In this document: positions 47,546 through 57,176 of the stretch, one piece after another
How the letters are laid out: the number at the start of each line of letters is the position of its first letter
How positions within the stretch are numbered: the first letter of the stretch is position 1
Source of the DNA: a virus
Taxonomy: Duplodnaviria; Caudoviricetes
Reading direction: 5' to 3' (one strand)
IMG/VR virus record: IMGVR_UViG_3300022074_000030
Span: 2,077 to 66,076 of that record
DNA: 64,000 bases
Notes under the pieces: generated by a model
Told to the model about the DNA's origin: nothing
What the model saw: only the letters and a program-made list of their open reading frames with translations
Database searches by the model: none
Made by a program: the position numbers and the translations under genes

Positions 47546-47940
47546 TACTTTTTCTCCTCTTTAGGTTTTACAGCTTTCTCATAATAAATTATGATTTCTT
47601 TCTGTTGATTTAAGTATCTTCTCATTTCTGCAATATTTATTGCTAAGTTTTCATAATCTTTCATACTTAATGCAACATAAGCTAAGTCACCGTAAACTTC
47701 TTTAAAGTCCTTTACAAACTCTTCGTAATTATCTTTAGTGACTACAAAAACTCGAGTATTATTTAGTCTTAATGGTTTTGGTCTCGCTACTACTGGTATC
47801 GTTATTTGTTCTATCTTCGTTACCGTCTTTATTTCCGGTTCCATCCTCAGGCCGCTGCAACCAGCTAGGCTTGTTAGACTTATCAACATTACGACCAGTT
47901 TCTTCCATGATACCTTGCCACAATTTAAAACTTGCGCCAT
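47545..47940 (-). CDS. Outer-membrane spanin (Rz1-like lipoprotein)
   Basis: Hydrophobic stretch ending in lipobox LAGC; overlaps the 3' end of the TM/coiled-coil gene. Confidence 0.7.
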   Translation of the reverse strand: MAQVLNCGKVSWKKLVVMLISLTSLAGCSGLRMEPEIKTVTKIEQITIPVVARPKPLRLNNTRVFVVTKDNYEEFVKDFKEVYGDLAYVALSMKDYENLAINIAEMRRYLNQQKEIIIYYEKAVKPKEEKK

Positions 47941-48265
47941 TCATCTTTCCTTCTAAAACTTTTGAATCTTTTAAAGCTTCTACTACTAAATCTAGTTTAC
48001 TTAATTTTTCTCTAAGTTCATCACCATAAGCTTCTGCATTTTGTAATTTAATTTGCAGTTTGTTATTTAGATCAGACATCTTTTGAATATTACCCTTTAA
48101 AGCTGTAATACTTTTTTCAGATGTTTCAACTGCCGCTGTAAGCGTAGCATTATTTTTAGTGAGAACTGCTATTCTGTTTTGAGTAGTGTCATAGTAATAT
48201 TTTGCGCCATAACCTACTATACCGATTATGCCGATAATGAATATTAGAATATATAGCCTAGCCAT
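47759..48265 (-). CDS. Inner-membrane spanin (Rz-like)
   Basis: N-terminal TM helix followed by a long coiled coil. Confidence 0.7.
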   Translation of the reverse strand: MARLYILIFIIGIIGIVGYGAKYYYDTTQNRIAVLTKNNATLTAAVETSEKSITALKGNIQKMSDLNNKLQIKLQNAEAYGDELREKLSKLDLVVEALKDSKVLEGKMNGASFKLWQGIMEETGRNVDKSNKPSWLQRPEDGTGNKDGNEDRTNNDTSSSETKTIKTK

Positions 48266-49052
48266 AATGGTCTTCGATGTATTTTCTAAATTTCTTTAAG
48301 AGCACTGGAAATTTATCTCTACGTAATCTTTTATCGTGTACATGCCTTGGACCCATGGCTGTCGTTGCGGGGTTTGGAATTGATGCAGTACTCGTTGAAG
48401 GGACATCTTCACTCGCAGCTTGAGCTGATCTCATGTTTTCTGGAGAAGGTGCACCTTTTTCACCTTTCTTTCTCATTCTTTTTCCAGATGCTCTACGCAT
48501 ACGAATGTTATGCCATAAACCTTTATTTTTTTCTTCAATGTTTTCTTTTTGCATAGCTTTTGTCTTCTTCTTCATTTTGTTTATAAATGCTCGATAAACA
48601 GCTGCTGGTCCGGCTTTACCCATAACTCTCGCTCTTTGTTCCATTGCAATTGCTGCTTGTATTTGATGAGCATGTTTTTTACCTGAGTTTTTTATTTTAG
48701 CTACCGATGCTTTAGCATCATCAACAGTAGCAAACTTCAAACCATGAATCGTGCCTTTTGGATTCTCATCAGTATATAAATCACTATGTTTTTTACTATT
48801 AGCTGCTTGGCCTTTCTTTCTTGGTATTCTTTTTGTGGCTTCCATCATATCGGTTTTTGCGCTTTTACCTGATTGTTTTACAACTCGTAAAGGATTGCCT
48901 ACTAAAGGTTCATATTTTTTCTGTGCAGCTTTAGCTTTCGTTTCAGAACTATAATATGCAAATGTATAACGAGACTTTGGAGCACTTGGTTGTACCACAA
49001 CATGTGTATATTGTTTTACTTTGTCACCTTTTTGTCTACCAGCTATTCTCAT
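48258..49052 (-). CDS. Basic modular protein, probable head-internal polyprotein
   Basis: Modules (DLYTDENPKGTI; GLWHNI..R; DVPSTST) separated by MME, IEE and ASE. Confidence 0.55.
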   Translation of the reverse strand: MRIAGRQKGDKVKQYTHVVVQPSAPKSRYTFAYYSSETKAKAAQKKYEPLVGNPLRVVKQSGKSAKTDMMEATKRIPRKKGQAANSKKHSDLYTDENPKGTIHGLKFATVDDAKASVAKIKNSGKKHAHQIQAAIAMEQRARVMGKAGPAAVYRAFINKMKKKTKAMQKENIEEKNKGLWHNIRMRRASGKRMRKKGEKGAPSPENMRSAQAASEDVPSTSTASIPNPATTAMGPRHVHDKRLRRDKFPVLLKKFRKYIEDHYG

Positions 49053-49630
49053 CTAATTAATTCGCTTGCAGTTACATATACTTGTTTGTTTGTATTTACG
49101 TGTAATGCTTCATATATATCTACACCAAAGACATCACCTACAGGATAACATTCATCTTGTATTCGTACTTGATCTTTTGGCCAAACTAACTCTGCACAAG
49201 ATTCATTTATAAGTTTAGCATTCTTAACTCTGTAAATGCCCGGTGATAATTGTTTTTCATCTAGCACAAACCATTCATTCTTCTCATTTAAAAAATCTAA
49301 TACTTCGATGTGACATTTTTCACAAATATTTTCTATTCCTTTTTGTCCGACTTTTTCTTTAATGAGGAAAAGCGCTGACGCAAAAGATCCGAGTTTACTT
49401 CCACCTCCTGGAAGTTTTGCAACGAGCCTTTTAAGGTTAGCGGCAAGGCGAATAAAAGGAGTATAAGCAGACTTTTTTTCATCGTCGTCCAATTTTACAT
49501 CTTTCTGTCTTTTACCGTTTTCATCAATGATACCTAATTTATAAGCGTCCCAATCTTTCCAATCCATAGCCATCATGCGTATGAATCGAAAAGTGTATGT
49601 AATGTCTGCCGCTCTTTTTAGTATTCCCAT
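49049..49630 (-). CDS. Conserved hypothetical protein of T4-like phages
   Basis: FRFIR....W....AYKLGIIDENG, NLKRL, FASALFLIKE. Confidence 0.7.
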   Translation of the reverse strand: MGILKRAADITYTFRFIRMMAMDWKDWDAYKLGIIDENGKRQKDVKLDDDEKKSAYTPFIRLAANLKRLVAKLPGGGSKLGSFASALFLIKEKVGQKGIENICEKCHIEVLDFLNEKNEWFVLDEKQLSPGIYRVKNAKLINESCAELVWPKDQVRIQDECYPVGDVFGVDIYEALHVNTNKQVYVTASELIR

Positions 49631-49998
49631 TAAATCTTCCTTAAAACATCAACCACATTAGGATCCATCGTAATTCCTGTATATTGATCATTTGTAATAT
49701 AATTTAAAAATATTAAAAATGGTTTCACTACTGGCCAATGCTTTTCTTCTAATTTTAAATCTAATATATTCAAAGCAGCTTCAATACCAAACATATTAAA
49801 AATCACTATTAAATGATTTAATATAAGTCGTTCAGATAATTCGTCTGATTCGATATAACGATTCAATAATCTCTTGATATATTTGAATCTTTTCAAATCT
49901 TCATTGAAATCATCTATATCAGAAAACTTTGGGTTACTATAGTGCTTAGCTGCATACAGTATCAAATTCTTTTCAGTTAGTTCTTTAAATCTTAACAT
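49630..49998 (-). CDS. Conserved hypothetical protein of T4-like phages
   Basis: YA.KHY.NP, F.EDLKRFKYIKRL, ERLILNH. Confidence 0.75.
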   Translation of the reverse strand: MLRFKELTEKNLILYAAKHYSNPKFSDIDDFNEDLKRFKYIKRLLNRYIESDELSERLILNHLIVIFNMFGIEAALNILDLKLEEKHWPVVKPFLIFLNYITNDQYTGITMDPNVVDVLRKI

Positions 49999-50017
49999 AA
50001 AAATATATATTCAAAAT

Positions 50018-50353
50018 TTAAAGTACTTCTTTAAGCTCCTGAATTAAATCTGCCTTATTTTTTCTTCTATCAAGTTCAACGCCGTGTTCACGTCCTATTG
50101 CTTCAAGTTCTATCTTTGTCATAGACCCTAACTCACTTGGGAGTGTATCATCTACAATAAGTTCTGCAGTAGCTTCTTCCATTGTTGTAGGAGATTCCTT
50201 TAGCATAGAGACTGTAGGTTTAACACCGTAATATTCATCTATTTGATCACTTGTTATTTTCCTTGAAACCAATAGTTCATTTGTCCTAGGATGTCTCCAA
50301 CCAGATGGAGTAGGTACTGCATCTTTTTGAAAGTTAGGTGGTGATATTGCCAT
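50018..50353 (-). CDS. Hypothetical protein with C-terminal Rho-N/HeH-like motif
   Basis: GW.HPRT.ELLV; MTK.ELE..GREHGVELDRRK.KADLI. Confidence 0.6.
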   Translation of the reverse strand: MAISPPNFQKDAVPTPSGWRHPRTNELLVSRKITSDQIDEYYGVKPTVSMLKESPTTMEEATAELIVDDTLPSELGSMTKIELEAIGREHGVELDRRKNKADLIQELKEVL

Positions 50354-50364
50354 ATTATTTCCTT

Positions 50365-51492
50365 TTACTTATAAATTTCAGGGTGCATTGTTTTATGCTC
50401 CCCATCATAATGTTTCTTTAAGTACTTTTGTAAGTTAGCTTTAGTACCAGTAGCATCTACTGCCATTGGACCAGCTTTTGGATTTTTCTTGATAGTGATA
50501 CCATGCTTTTTTTCATGGCTACCTGCTTTGCCTGTAGTGTGATCAATATCAACAGTATGAATTTTATTCATGTCTTCAACCATTGCTACAGCATCTAATA
50601 AGCTATTGTTTATCTTCTTTCCAAACATTCCGTATTCTTCGGCTGTAACTATTTTTGCAGATGGATCTTTTACTGGTGTTGCACTAGGTTTGATACTAAG
50701 ATCACCTTTGTTCTGATCACCTTTTCTCATCTTCTTTCCGGGTGCACTTTTCTTGATAGCATCTGCAGTATCTTTTGCAGCTTTCATACCATCGGCTTCA
50801 ACACTCTTTGGTGTTTTCATCATGTCCATTGCACCTTTAGAAGACTTTTGCTTTTCATCATACTCTTCTGGTTTAGTTGCACTCTTATAATGAGCTGCTC
50901 TATCACCTTCGTATAATGACATTAGTTTTTCTCTAAAAGACATTGTGCTCTCTTTAGCGAGTTTAGTGTGCGACACTAGCTTCGGAAAACTATGCTTAGG
51001 TTTACCTGTCTTAAATTTTCCAGCGTCTTTAGTTGTTCCAATAGCTGTCTGACTTAATGAATGAGCATCTTTAGCAGCTTTCTTATATTCTCCTTTACTA
51101 TCATAAGAAGATAAATTACGAGCTTGTATATGAGCAGCATGTGCTTGTTTATGAATATCGATAGCGCGGCCGTGCATATCTTCGTCATCATAATTATGAT
51201 TTCCATGATGAAATTCGGAATTATGACGCATAGCGTGGCTTTTATGAGCCTTTGCCATGTCATTATGATAACTAAAGCTTTCGTTAACTGATTCTTTTTG
51301 ATCTGCAATTTTATTTGCTAAATCTTTTTTCATAGTGACCGGATGAGTCTTTCCACCAAAGCTGAAATTCTTCTTTCCGTCTTTTGCCGCTGCAGCTGCC
51401 GCGCCATGGAAGGCAGTTCTTTCATTTGCTGGAATATCTTCAGGTATATGATACTTGAAACTTTCTTCCATTTTTTTCTCCTTTACATCCAT
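50365..51492 (-). CDS. His/Lys-rich modular protein, probable head-internal polyprotein
   Basis: Modules separated by xxE sites; internal MSFREKLMSLYE. Confidence 0.55.
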   Translation of the reverse strand: MDVKEKKMEESFKYHIPEDIPANERTAFHGAAAAAAKDGKKNFSFGGKTHPVTMKKDLANKIADQKESVNESFSYHNDMAKAHKSHAMRHNSEFHHGNHNYDDEDMHGRAIDIHKQAHAAHIQARNLSSYDSKGEYKKAAKDAHSLSQTAIGTTKDAGKFKTGKPKHSFPKLVSHTKLAKESTMSFREKLMSLYEGDRAAHYKSATKPEEYDEKQKSSKGAMDMMKTPKSVEADGMKAAKDTADAIKKSAPGKKMRKGDQNKGDLSIKPSATPVKDPSAKIVTAEEYGMFGKKINNSLLDAVAMVEDMNKIHTVDIDHTTGKAGSHEKKHGITIKKNPKAGPMAVDATGTKANLQKYLKKHYDGEHKTMHPEIYK

Positions 51493-51764
51493 ACGTGAGT
51501 TACGTAGGTTCCTATTGCTGCGGCAACAGCCACATATACAACTTTATTTATAATACTAACAGTCCTTGCGTTTTCATCACAAGTTTTCTGTATCTCGTCT
51601 AGTTTAACAGAGAGTTTATTCATACGATCTCTCATATTATCGTGGTCGTCTTGTAATGCTATTATCTTCTCCTCTGCTCTTGCTAAAGATATCATAGCAT
51701 CTGCTAACTTATCTATTTTAGACTCTATCCTGTCGAGTCTTGTTTCATTTGTTTCTGTGGCCAC
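51483..51764 (-). CDS. Coiled-coil protein with C-terminal TM (XhlA/holin-like)
   Basis: RLDRIE.KIDKL..LARAEE; hydrophobic C-terminus. Confidence 0.55.
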   Translation of the reverse strand: MATETNETRLDRIESKIDKLADAMISLARAEEKIIALQDDHDNMRDRMNKLSVKLDEIQKTCDENARTVSIINKVVYVAVAAAIGTYVTHVWM

Positions 51765-51904
51765 TACCTTTTTCCTTGTCCTCTATATCGTTTTAAACTT
51801 CTTCTTTTATGTTTATTCATAGTGGAAGTAGTTGGCTTACGACCAATAGATGTACCATGTTTTATTGTTTCATGTTCTAAAACAGTTTTAAAAGCTTTTG
51901 CCAT
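51764..51904 (-). CDS. 46-aa basic peptide
   Basis: Hand translation: MAKAFKTVLEHETIKHGTSIGRKPTTSTMNKHKRRSLKRYRGQGKR; fills the gap with overlapping start and stop codons. Confidence 0.7.
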   Translation of the reverse strand: MAKAFKTVLEHETIKHGTSIGRKPTTSTMNKHKRRSLKRYRGQGKR

Positions 51905-52092
51905 TACTCACTCTTCCAAATAGTCCAAACACCATAGGCAATTGCAATGCCTGCTGCAATCTTTGCGAGTGGTGATAAAAATAAAATCATAAGACCAAGA
52001 GCAATACAAACTGCTCCGTCCATACTTGTTCTTTCTTTAATTCTTTCGTTTATCCAACCTTTGACCATTACCATTTCTCCTTGTCTGCCCAA
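51904..52092 (-). CDS. Small two-TM membrane protein (holin candidate)
   Basis: RIKERTS.DG followed by two hydrophobic helices. Confidence 0.55.
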   Translation of the reverse strand: MGRQGEMVMVKGWINERIKERTSMDGAVCIALGLMILFLSPLAKIAAGIAIAYGVWTIWKSE

Positions 52093-52382
52093 TACGCAGC
52101 TGACATCTTTCCTTTAGCGATGTTCTTGCCATGACGAGCTTTAAATGATTTACGTTTTGCTTTCATTCTATCGGACTCTCCTTTCTTAGGAGCGCCTGCA
52201 GTTTCAGCACCTTGTTGACCAAATCGTATAGTCTTAACTTTATCACCTTGTTTAGCAACCACGATATGACTACTTGTAGGATGCCCGGGTGTTCGTTTAG
52301 CTTTATTAAATCCAGCAACTCCTGCTCTTTTTAGTCTAGGGTCTTTTTCTTCTATAAACTTTTTAAATCTATCCAAACTCAT
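52068..52382 (-). CDS. Basic protein (DUF6321-like) with CTS-like N-terminus
   Basis: MSLDRFKKFIEE; IRFGQQG, RKSFKARH, SAAYWA. Confidence 0.65.
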   Translation of the reverse strand: MSLDRFKKFIEEKDPRLKRAGVAGFNKAKRTPGHPTSSHIVVAKQGDKVKTIRFGQQGAETAGAPKKGESDRMKAKRKSFKARHGKNIAKGKMSAAYWADKEKW

Positions 52383-53280
52383 GACCTGCAATCCTTTTCA
52401 TTTGTTTATTAAATTCGGCTTGACCGGGTTTTGTTTTGTATAATTTTTTAGTAAGGCTACTATCTTTCTTACCTTTGATTCTATACTTAAATCCTTTTTC
52501 TTTATGTTCAGGATCTGTAGTCTTTACGAGTCTTCTCTTATATTGTGATTCATAAGACTCTGGACCTTTAGGTGCATCTGTAGCTTCCTTTTGACCGGGT
52601 GTTATTTTCTTCATAAGCTTTACAGATTCTGGTGTACCATAATCATATTTGTATTCTTTAACTTCTCTACCCTGTGCTTTATCTCTATAAGCTTTCTTAA
52701 CTTTAGACACTTCTATTCTATCAACATCTTTTATTAATGAAGGTTGTTTAACAATCTTACGTAATTGTTGTTTAAGTTCACCGGGTGTTTTGGCTTTCAT
52801 GTACATTGTTGGAAGACCATCGATCTCTACTTTAAAGTTTGTATCTTCTCTCCTTAAAGCACGTTTAGCAAGTGCCATTTTAGTATCATCAGCTTTTTTA
52901 AGTATTGTAATAGCATCAGCTTTCTTTTGCATGTCTCTAGCATCTTTACCCATAGTCCTAAACATTAATGGTTTCTTCTTAGTGCTTGGGCCTACTAAAG
53001 CTCTTCGTGTTTTAGCTTTAAACCTCTTCATCATAGACAGTTCGTTCTTTGGTTCGTTTCTATCGAGTTCTGGTTTTGTACCATTACGATTTAATTGCCC
53101 AAATAACTTTAATGCATTACCTGCAAGCTTAGCTTCTTGTGGTCCACGCTTAGCATCAAGATATGCAGCGATCGCCATGTCTCTTCTTTTCTTATCGCTC
53201 TTACCCTTAAACTGAGGAGCCTTAGACTTCTTAAAGTCTTTGATGTAAGAACCGATTCCGTCTTTTGGATCTAATGGCAT
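52369..53280 (-). CDS. Basic modular protein, probable head-internal polyprotein
   Basis: DFKKSKAPQFKGKS..KRR.MAIAAY; YGTPE..MKKITPGQ modules. Confidence 0.6.
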   Translation of the reverse strand: MPLDPKDGIGSYIKDFKKSKAPQFKGKSDKKRRDMAIAAYLDAKRGPQEAKLAGNALKLFGQLNRNGTKPELDRNEPKNELSMMKRFKAKTRRALVGPSTKKKPLMFRTMGKDARDMQKKADAITILKKADDTKMALAKRALRREDTNFKVEIDGLPTMYMKAKTPGELKQQLRKIVKQPSLIKDVDRIEVSKVKKAYRDKAQGREVKEYKYDYGTPESVKLMKKITPGQKEATDAPKGPESYESQYKRRLVKTTDPEHKEKGFKYRIKGKKDSSLTKKLYKTKPGQAEFNKQMKRIAGHEFG

Positions 53281-53619
53281 TTACTTTTCTTTCTTGTATG
53301 TATGCTGACCATCAACATGATCGTCAGAATGTGTCATACCTTTTTTATGATAATTTAAATCGCCTAATCCTTTTTTATCATCAGAGTGATGAATTTGTAA
53401 AGCTTTATGTATTTGATGATCACTTCCATGAAAAGACATTGTGCTACCATCTTTATGATGCTTAACTGTAGCGCCTGTATTTTTATTAATATACTTTGCA
53501 AATTTTTTATTATCTGGACCATCACCTTCATCATAGCCATGTTTAATAGTCATAGACGCTTTATTTGTTTTACTATGTTCTTCATTCATTTGCTGTCTTA
53601 ATTCAAAGAAATCTCTCAT
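53281..53619 (-). CDS. His-rich protein with CTS-like N-terminus
   Basis: MRDFFELRQQMNEE; many His residues. Confidence 0.6.
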   Translation of the reverse strand: MRDFFELRQQMNEEHSKTNKASMTIKHGYDEGDGPDNKKFAKYINKNTGATVKHHKDGSTMSFHGSDHQIHKALQIHHSDDKKGLGDLNYHKKGMTHSDDHVDGQHTYKKEK

Positions 53620-53628
53620 TTTTAGCTC

Positions 53629-53862
53629 CTATTTTGCGTTCATCGCCTTTGTCATTTGAGTGATGACTCTTTTCATATCACTCTTTGGAATTTGTATATG
53701 TTTACCTTTACCTCTTCCGTAATTGATTTGAAAGCTAGGTCCTTTTTTACCAGCAAATCTATCAATCTGAAAACCAGTTATGTCATCGGTATACATGTTA
53801 GTAGCTTCTTCTAAAGGTTGTGAATTTTCACGTACCTCTTCTATTGCTCTTCTTAAACTCAT
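53629..53862 (-). CDS. Small protein with Glu-rich leader
   Basis: MSLRRAIEEVRE...LEE. Confidence 0.55.
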   Translation of the reverse strand: MSLRRAIEEVRENSQPLEEATNMYTDDITGFQIDRFAGKKGPSFQINYGRGKGKHIQIPKSDMKRVITQMTKAMNAK

Positions 53863-54899
53863 TTCATGCTCCTAACTTTTTTCTTAGTTCCAAAATCCTT
53901 TGTATCAGCTTTGGATATCATACCTTTGATACCTGCGCCAGGATCTGCTTTACCGTGGTAGCCATCAGCGTATCCGGGTGGAAGTTTTTTTACTTTGCCA
54001 CCTTTCATTTTAAATGCTGCAATTGCTGCGTCATGTGCTTTCTTTTCAGCATCAGACATTGCTTCTTTTTTCATAAGTCTGTTTGTAGCTCTGTCTATAC
54101 CGCGTACACGCATTGCAGCTTTTCTTTCAGGACTTTTCATATAATCTTGATCCGGACCGCCTAAACGACTTATTGCATCTTTATTACCTTGATCTTGTCC
54201 TTTATGATACATATCCCTTGCAGCCTTACCCATATAACTCTTTGCTAGATTTTTAGATATTTCTTTTACAGTAGCTTCTGCAGCAACTTTAGCAGGTTTC
54301 ATTTTAGCTTTAGCTAATTCAATACCTTTGTTACGTTTTACTTGATTCTTATGTGCGTCATCTCTTGATATCTTACCTACGTCTGCTCGTACATGCTTTT
54401 TAGATTTATCAATATCAGCCTTTTTAATATATCTGTCTAATGCGCTTTTTGATATTTCTTTTACAGTAGCTTCATTTTGTTTTCTAAGAACTGCTGCAAC
54501 CTGAGGATGTTTATCGATATCTTTGGAAATTTTATTCATAGCTTTAACCGCACCAGTCATATTACCTTTTTTATATCGAGGATCAGATGCAATACCGATA
54601 GCTTGCTTTACATGTTTAGGATCATGTGCTTCACCTACTGATTCTGTTTTCTTCTTACCTTTACCACTAAGATCAGAATCGGCACCGTAGTAAGTACCTT
54701 TACCTTTTCCAATGTATGAATTGACTCTTGCCATTCCCCATTGTTGCGGTGTAGTTCCCGGTCTGTGACCTGTTCTCCAAGCAGCCATGCCTCTATTGTA
54801 TACCTTTTTAAGCGTTCCATAAGATATACCAGACTTAGCCGATTTCTTTTTGAGTCCTTCATTCTCAAGTAACTCATCAAAGGTTTTAAATTTAAGCAT
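53859..54899 (-). CDS. Modular basic protein (DUF5824-like first module)
   Basis: MLKFKTFDELLENE; VYNRGMAAW..GHRPG..QQW..ARVNS; EATVKEISK twice. Confidence 0.65.
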   Translation of the reverse strand: MLKFKTFDELLENEGLKKKSAKSGISYGTLKKVYNRGMAAWRTGHRPGTTPQQWGMARVNSYIGKGKGTYYGADSDLSGKGKKKTESVGEAHDPKHVKQAIGIASDPRYKKGNMTGAVKAMNKISKDIDKHPQVAAVLRKQNEATVKEISKSALDRYIKKADIDKSKKHVRADVGKISRDDAHKNQVKRNKGIELAKAKMKPAKVAAEATVKEISKNLAKSYMGKAARDMYHKGQDQGNKDAISRLGGPDQDYMKSPERKAAMRVRGIDRATNRLMKKEAMSDAEKKAHDAAIAAFKMKGGKVKKLPPGYADGYHGKADPGAGIKGMISKADTKDFGTKKKVRSMK

Positions 54900-56082
54900 C
54901 TGCTTTACTCCTGTTTTTAATTTTTCTTACTTTTGCTCGATCTAACATTCTAGCATGTTTTATTTTATCGACCATTTTTTCTCTTTCAATTTTTTTCTTT
55001 GCGAACTCAACTGCATCTTCACCGTACATTCTTCTATATTTTAAAGTATGTTTACTTGGTTTAGTTTTTGCAGTTGCATCACCAGGTGCTTTTTTATAAG
55101 CAGCTGGATTGTCATCATCATATTTAGAATACTTTTTAAAATGTGCTAATCTTTTTTTCTTAGTTGATTTAGATAGTCCACCATAGTAAGGTGCAGGTTG
55201 TGTACCCGGTGCTTTCTTGACATCTGGGTCTTGCCTAACTTTTTTAGGTGCTTCTTTTTTCTTTTCTACTAGTTGAATATCAGTTAACCATTTTCTATAA
55301 GTCTTTCCATTAGATTCTACAATGACATAATTGCTTCCAAGATTGGTAACATTACCGAGTTCGTCACTGCCCACGAAAGCAACATTATCGCCAATATCAA
55401 ACAGATTTCCTTTAACATATGCCTCTCTTTCTTCAGAGACTGGAGTAAAGTGTAATGTAGTTTTATATTCTTTTTGTTCTTTTAATCCCATTCCACGGCG
55501 TACTTCATTATATACTTTCTTAGCTTCATTATTCGAAACACTTCTAGGTAATCCTTGTGAGAATTGTGTAAAGTCTCCTTTACTCGCCAAACTTCTCATC
55601 TTTGATGCTGACATACCTGATACGTCATCTGCATCCGGATCACGGTCTCCAGCTGAAATTACATTTATTTTGTTAAACTTATAAAGTCCGTGTCTTCCTT
55701 TTACACCATTGTATTTTTCTAATAACTTTTTAAATTCATTAATCCTGTCTGAGCCAACAACCATATTGATATTCTTATATCCTTCTGAATACAATTTAGT
55801 TGCTGCATCAAATACATTCTTAACTTTCTTATCAAGCATTACACTTCTGGCATGCTTTGGAAAAAATTTACGGACTGTCTTAATTTTATAGTTATAGTTC
55901 AAAGGGTTTTTCTTGTTATCTGTAGATTGAGATAGATACACTCTATATGGGTTACTACCTGATTTTTTAGATAACTCATTCATTAACTTTTCATGACCTG
56001 ATGTAGGTGGATTCATACGTCCAAACGTAAAGTATACGGTTTTGTCTTCTTCAATAAGAAATGATCTAAACGAATTTATCAT
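54892..56082 (-). CDS. HIGH-superfamily (cytidylyltransferase-like) nucleotidyltransferase
   Basis: FGRMNPPTSGH, KNPL, VVGSDR, MSASKMR; N-terminus MINSFRSFLIEE. Confidence 0.85.
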   Translation of the reverse strand: MINSFRSFLIEEDKTVYFTFGRMNPPTSGHEKLMNELSKKSGSNPYRVYLSQSTDNKKNPLNYNYKIKTVRKFFPKHARSVMLDKKVKNVFDAATKLYSEGYKNINMVVGSDRINEFKKLLEKYNGVKGRHGLYKFNKINVISAGDRDPDADDVSGMSASKMRSLASKGDFTQFSQGLPRSVSNNEAKKVYNEVRRGMGLKEQKEYKTTLHFTPVSEEREAYVKGNLFDIGDNVAFVGSDELGNVTNLGSNYVIVESNGKTYRKWLTDIQLVEKKKEAPKKVRQDPDVKKAPGTQPAPYYGGLSKSTKKKRLAHFKKYSKYDDDNPAAYKKAPGDATAKTKPSKHTLKYRRMYGEDAVEFAKKKIEREKMVDKIKHARMLDRAKVRKIKNRSKADA

Positions 56083-57176
56083 TAACCTTTTTTCCTCTGT
56101 ACTTCTTTCTTACGTACGTCCTTAAATAATCTTTTAGCTAGTCTTTTTATTCTCTGCTGTAGCGCCGGCTTTTCTAATCTCTTTTCGATTTCTTTCTTCC
56201 TAGCAAATGTCAATTCGCCTTTAGGTATACCACGTGTAAGTTTCTTTGCAATTTGTGCACGGGCTTGTCGATTTGATCTTTTTTCAAGAGTCTTTTTATT
56301 AGCCATCTTTCTCATAGCTCTTTGACGACCAATTTTAATTCTCGTCTTTAAACGCTTCATAAGTCTTGAGCGTTTCATTCTTTGTTGTAGGTTTAACGCT
56401 TCATCTACATCATTTGGCATCTCATCTGGCCAAGTAGCTTCAATACTTTCTTTTTTAATACCTCTGCCAAGAGCCGTGAGATTAATATCGAGACGACCAT
56501 ACTTTCCATACATAGAACCTGGTCCTCCCAGATCCTTTACAAATTGTTTAGCATTATTTTCATTTTTGAAATATGCTGTAATATCATCTTCTGGATATGC
56601 AACACCTTTATTTTTTTTCAAGCTTGAAAAAATAAGTTCTGATTGAGAATCATTAAGACGATCTAAATACTCATCATCAATCATAACATAAGCTTTATAG
56701 TCTTTATGACTAGCTCCTAGTTCATTATCAATTAGTCTTTTGTTTTTTCTCATTACTTTTACAATAGGTAACATTTTTTCATTAATTGACATGTCTTCTT
56801 TCATCAAACCGTTTAAGCTTTCCTTAGGATACATTCTAAATACTTTAGCACGAGCTTTATCAATATACTTTTTCTTATTACGTTCATAATCACCAGGATT
56901 TTTTGCTAGTGTTCTAGCGTGTTTAGTTATGTCAGATGGTTTAGTTGGTTTAAGAACCGAGGCTTCTTTTTTGACAATTTCTTTGTCAGTCTTAACCATA
57001 CGTATGCCGACCTTACCGTCAGGCTTAACATATTTTTCTGGTTTTCTATCTGCTGATTGTACGCTCTCATTTCCGTGATATTGCTTCTTACGTTTCTGAG
57101 CGTAGTATTTGACTTCATCTGGTTCGCCTGGCTTATAATCTACAGACGTCATATGTTTAAAATCTAATGGTGCCAT
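56082..57176 (-). CDS. Modular basic protein
   Basis: Start probably ATG 57176 (TAATG coupling); C-terminal EALNLQQRMKR Arg/Lys-rich module. Confidence 0.6.
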   Translation of the reverse strand: MAPLDFKHMTSVDYKPGEPDEVKYYAQKRKKQYHGNESVQSADRKPEKYVKPDGKVGIRMVKTDKEIVKKEASVLKPTKPSDITKHARTLAKNPGDYERNKKKYIDKARAKVFRMYPKESLNGLMKEDMSINEKMLPIVKVMRKNKRLIDNELGASHKDYKAYVMIDDEYLDRLNDSQSELIFSSLKKNKGVAYPEDDITAYFKNENNAKQFVKDLGGPGSMYGKYGRLDINLTALGRGIKKESIEATWPDEMPNDVDEALNLQQRMKRSRLMKRLKTRIKIGRQRAMRKMANKKTLEKRSNRQARAQIAKKLTRGIPKGELTFARKKEIEKRLEKPALQQRIKRLAKRLFKDVRKKEVQRKKG

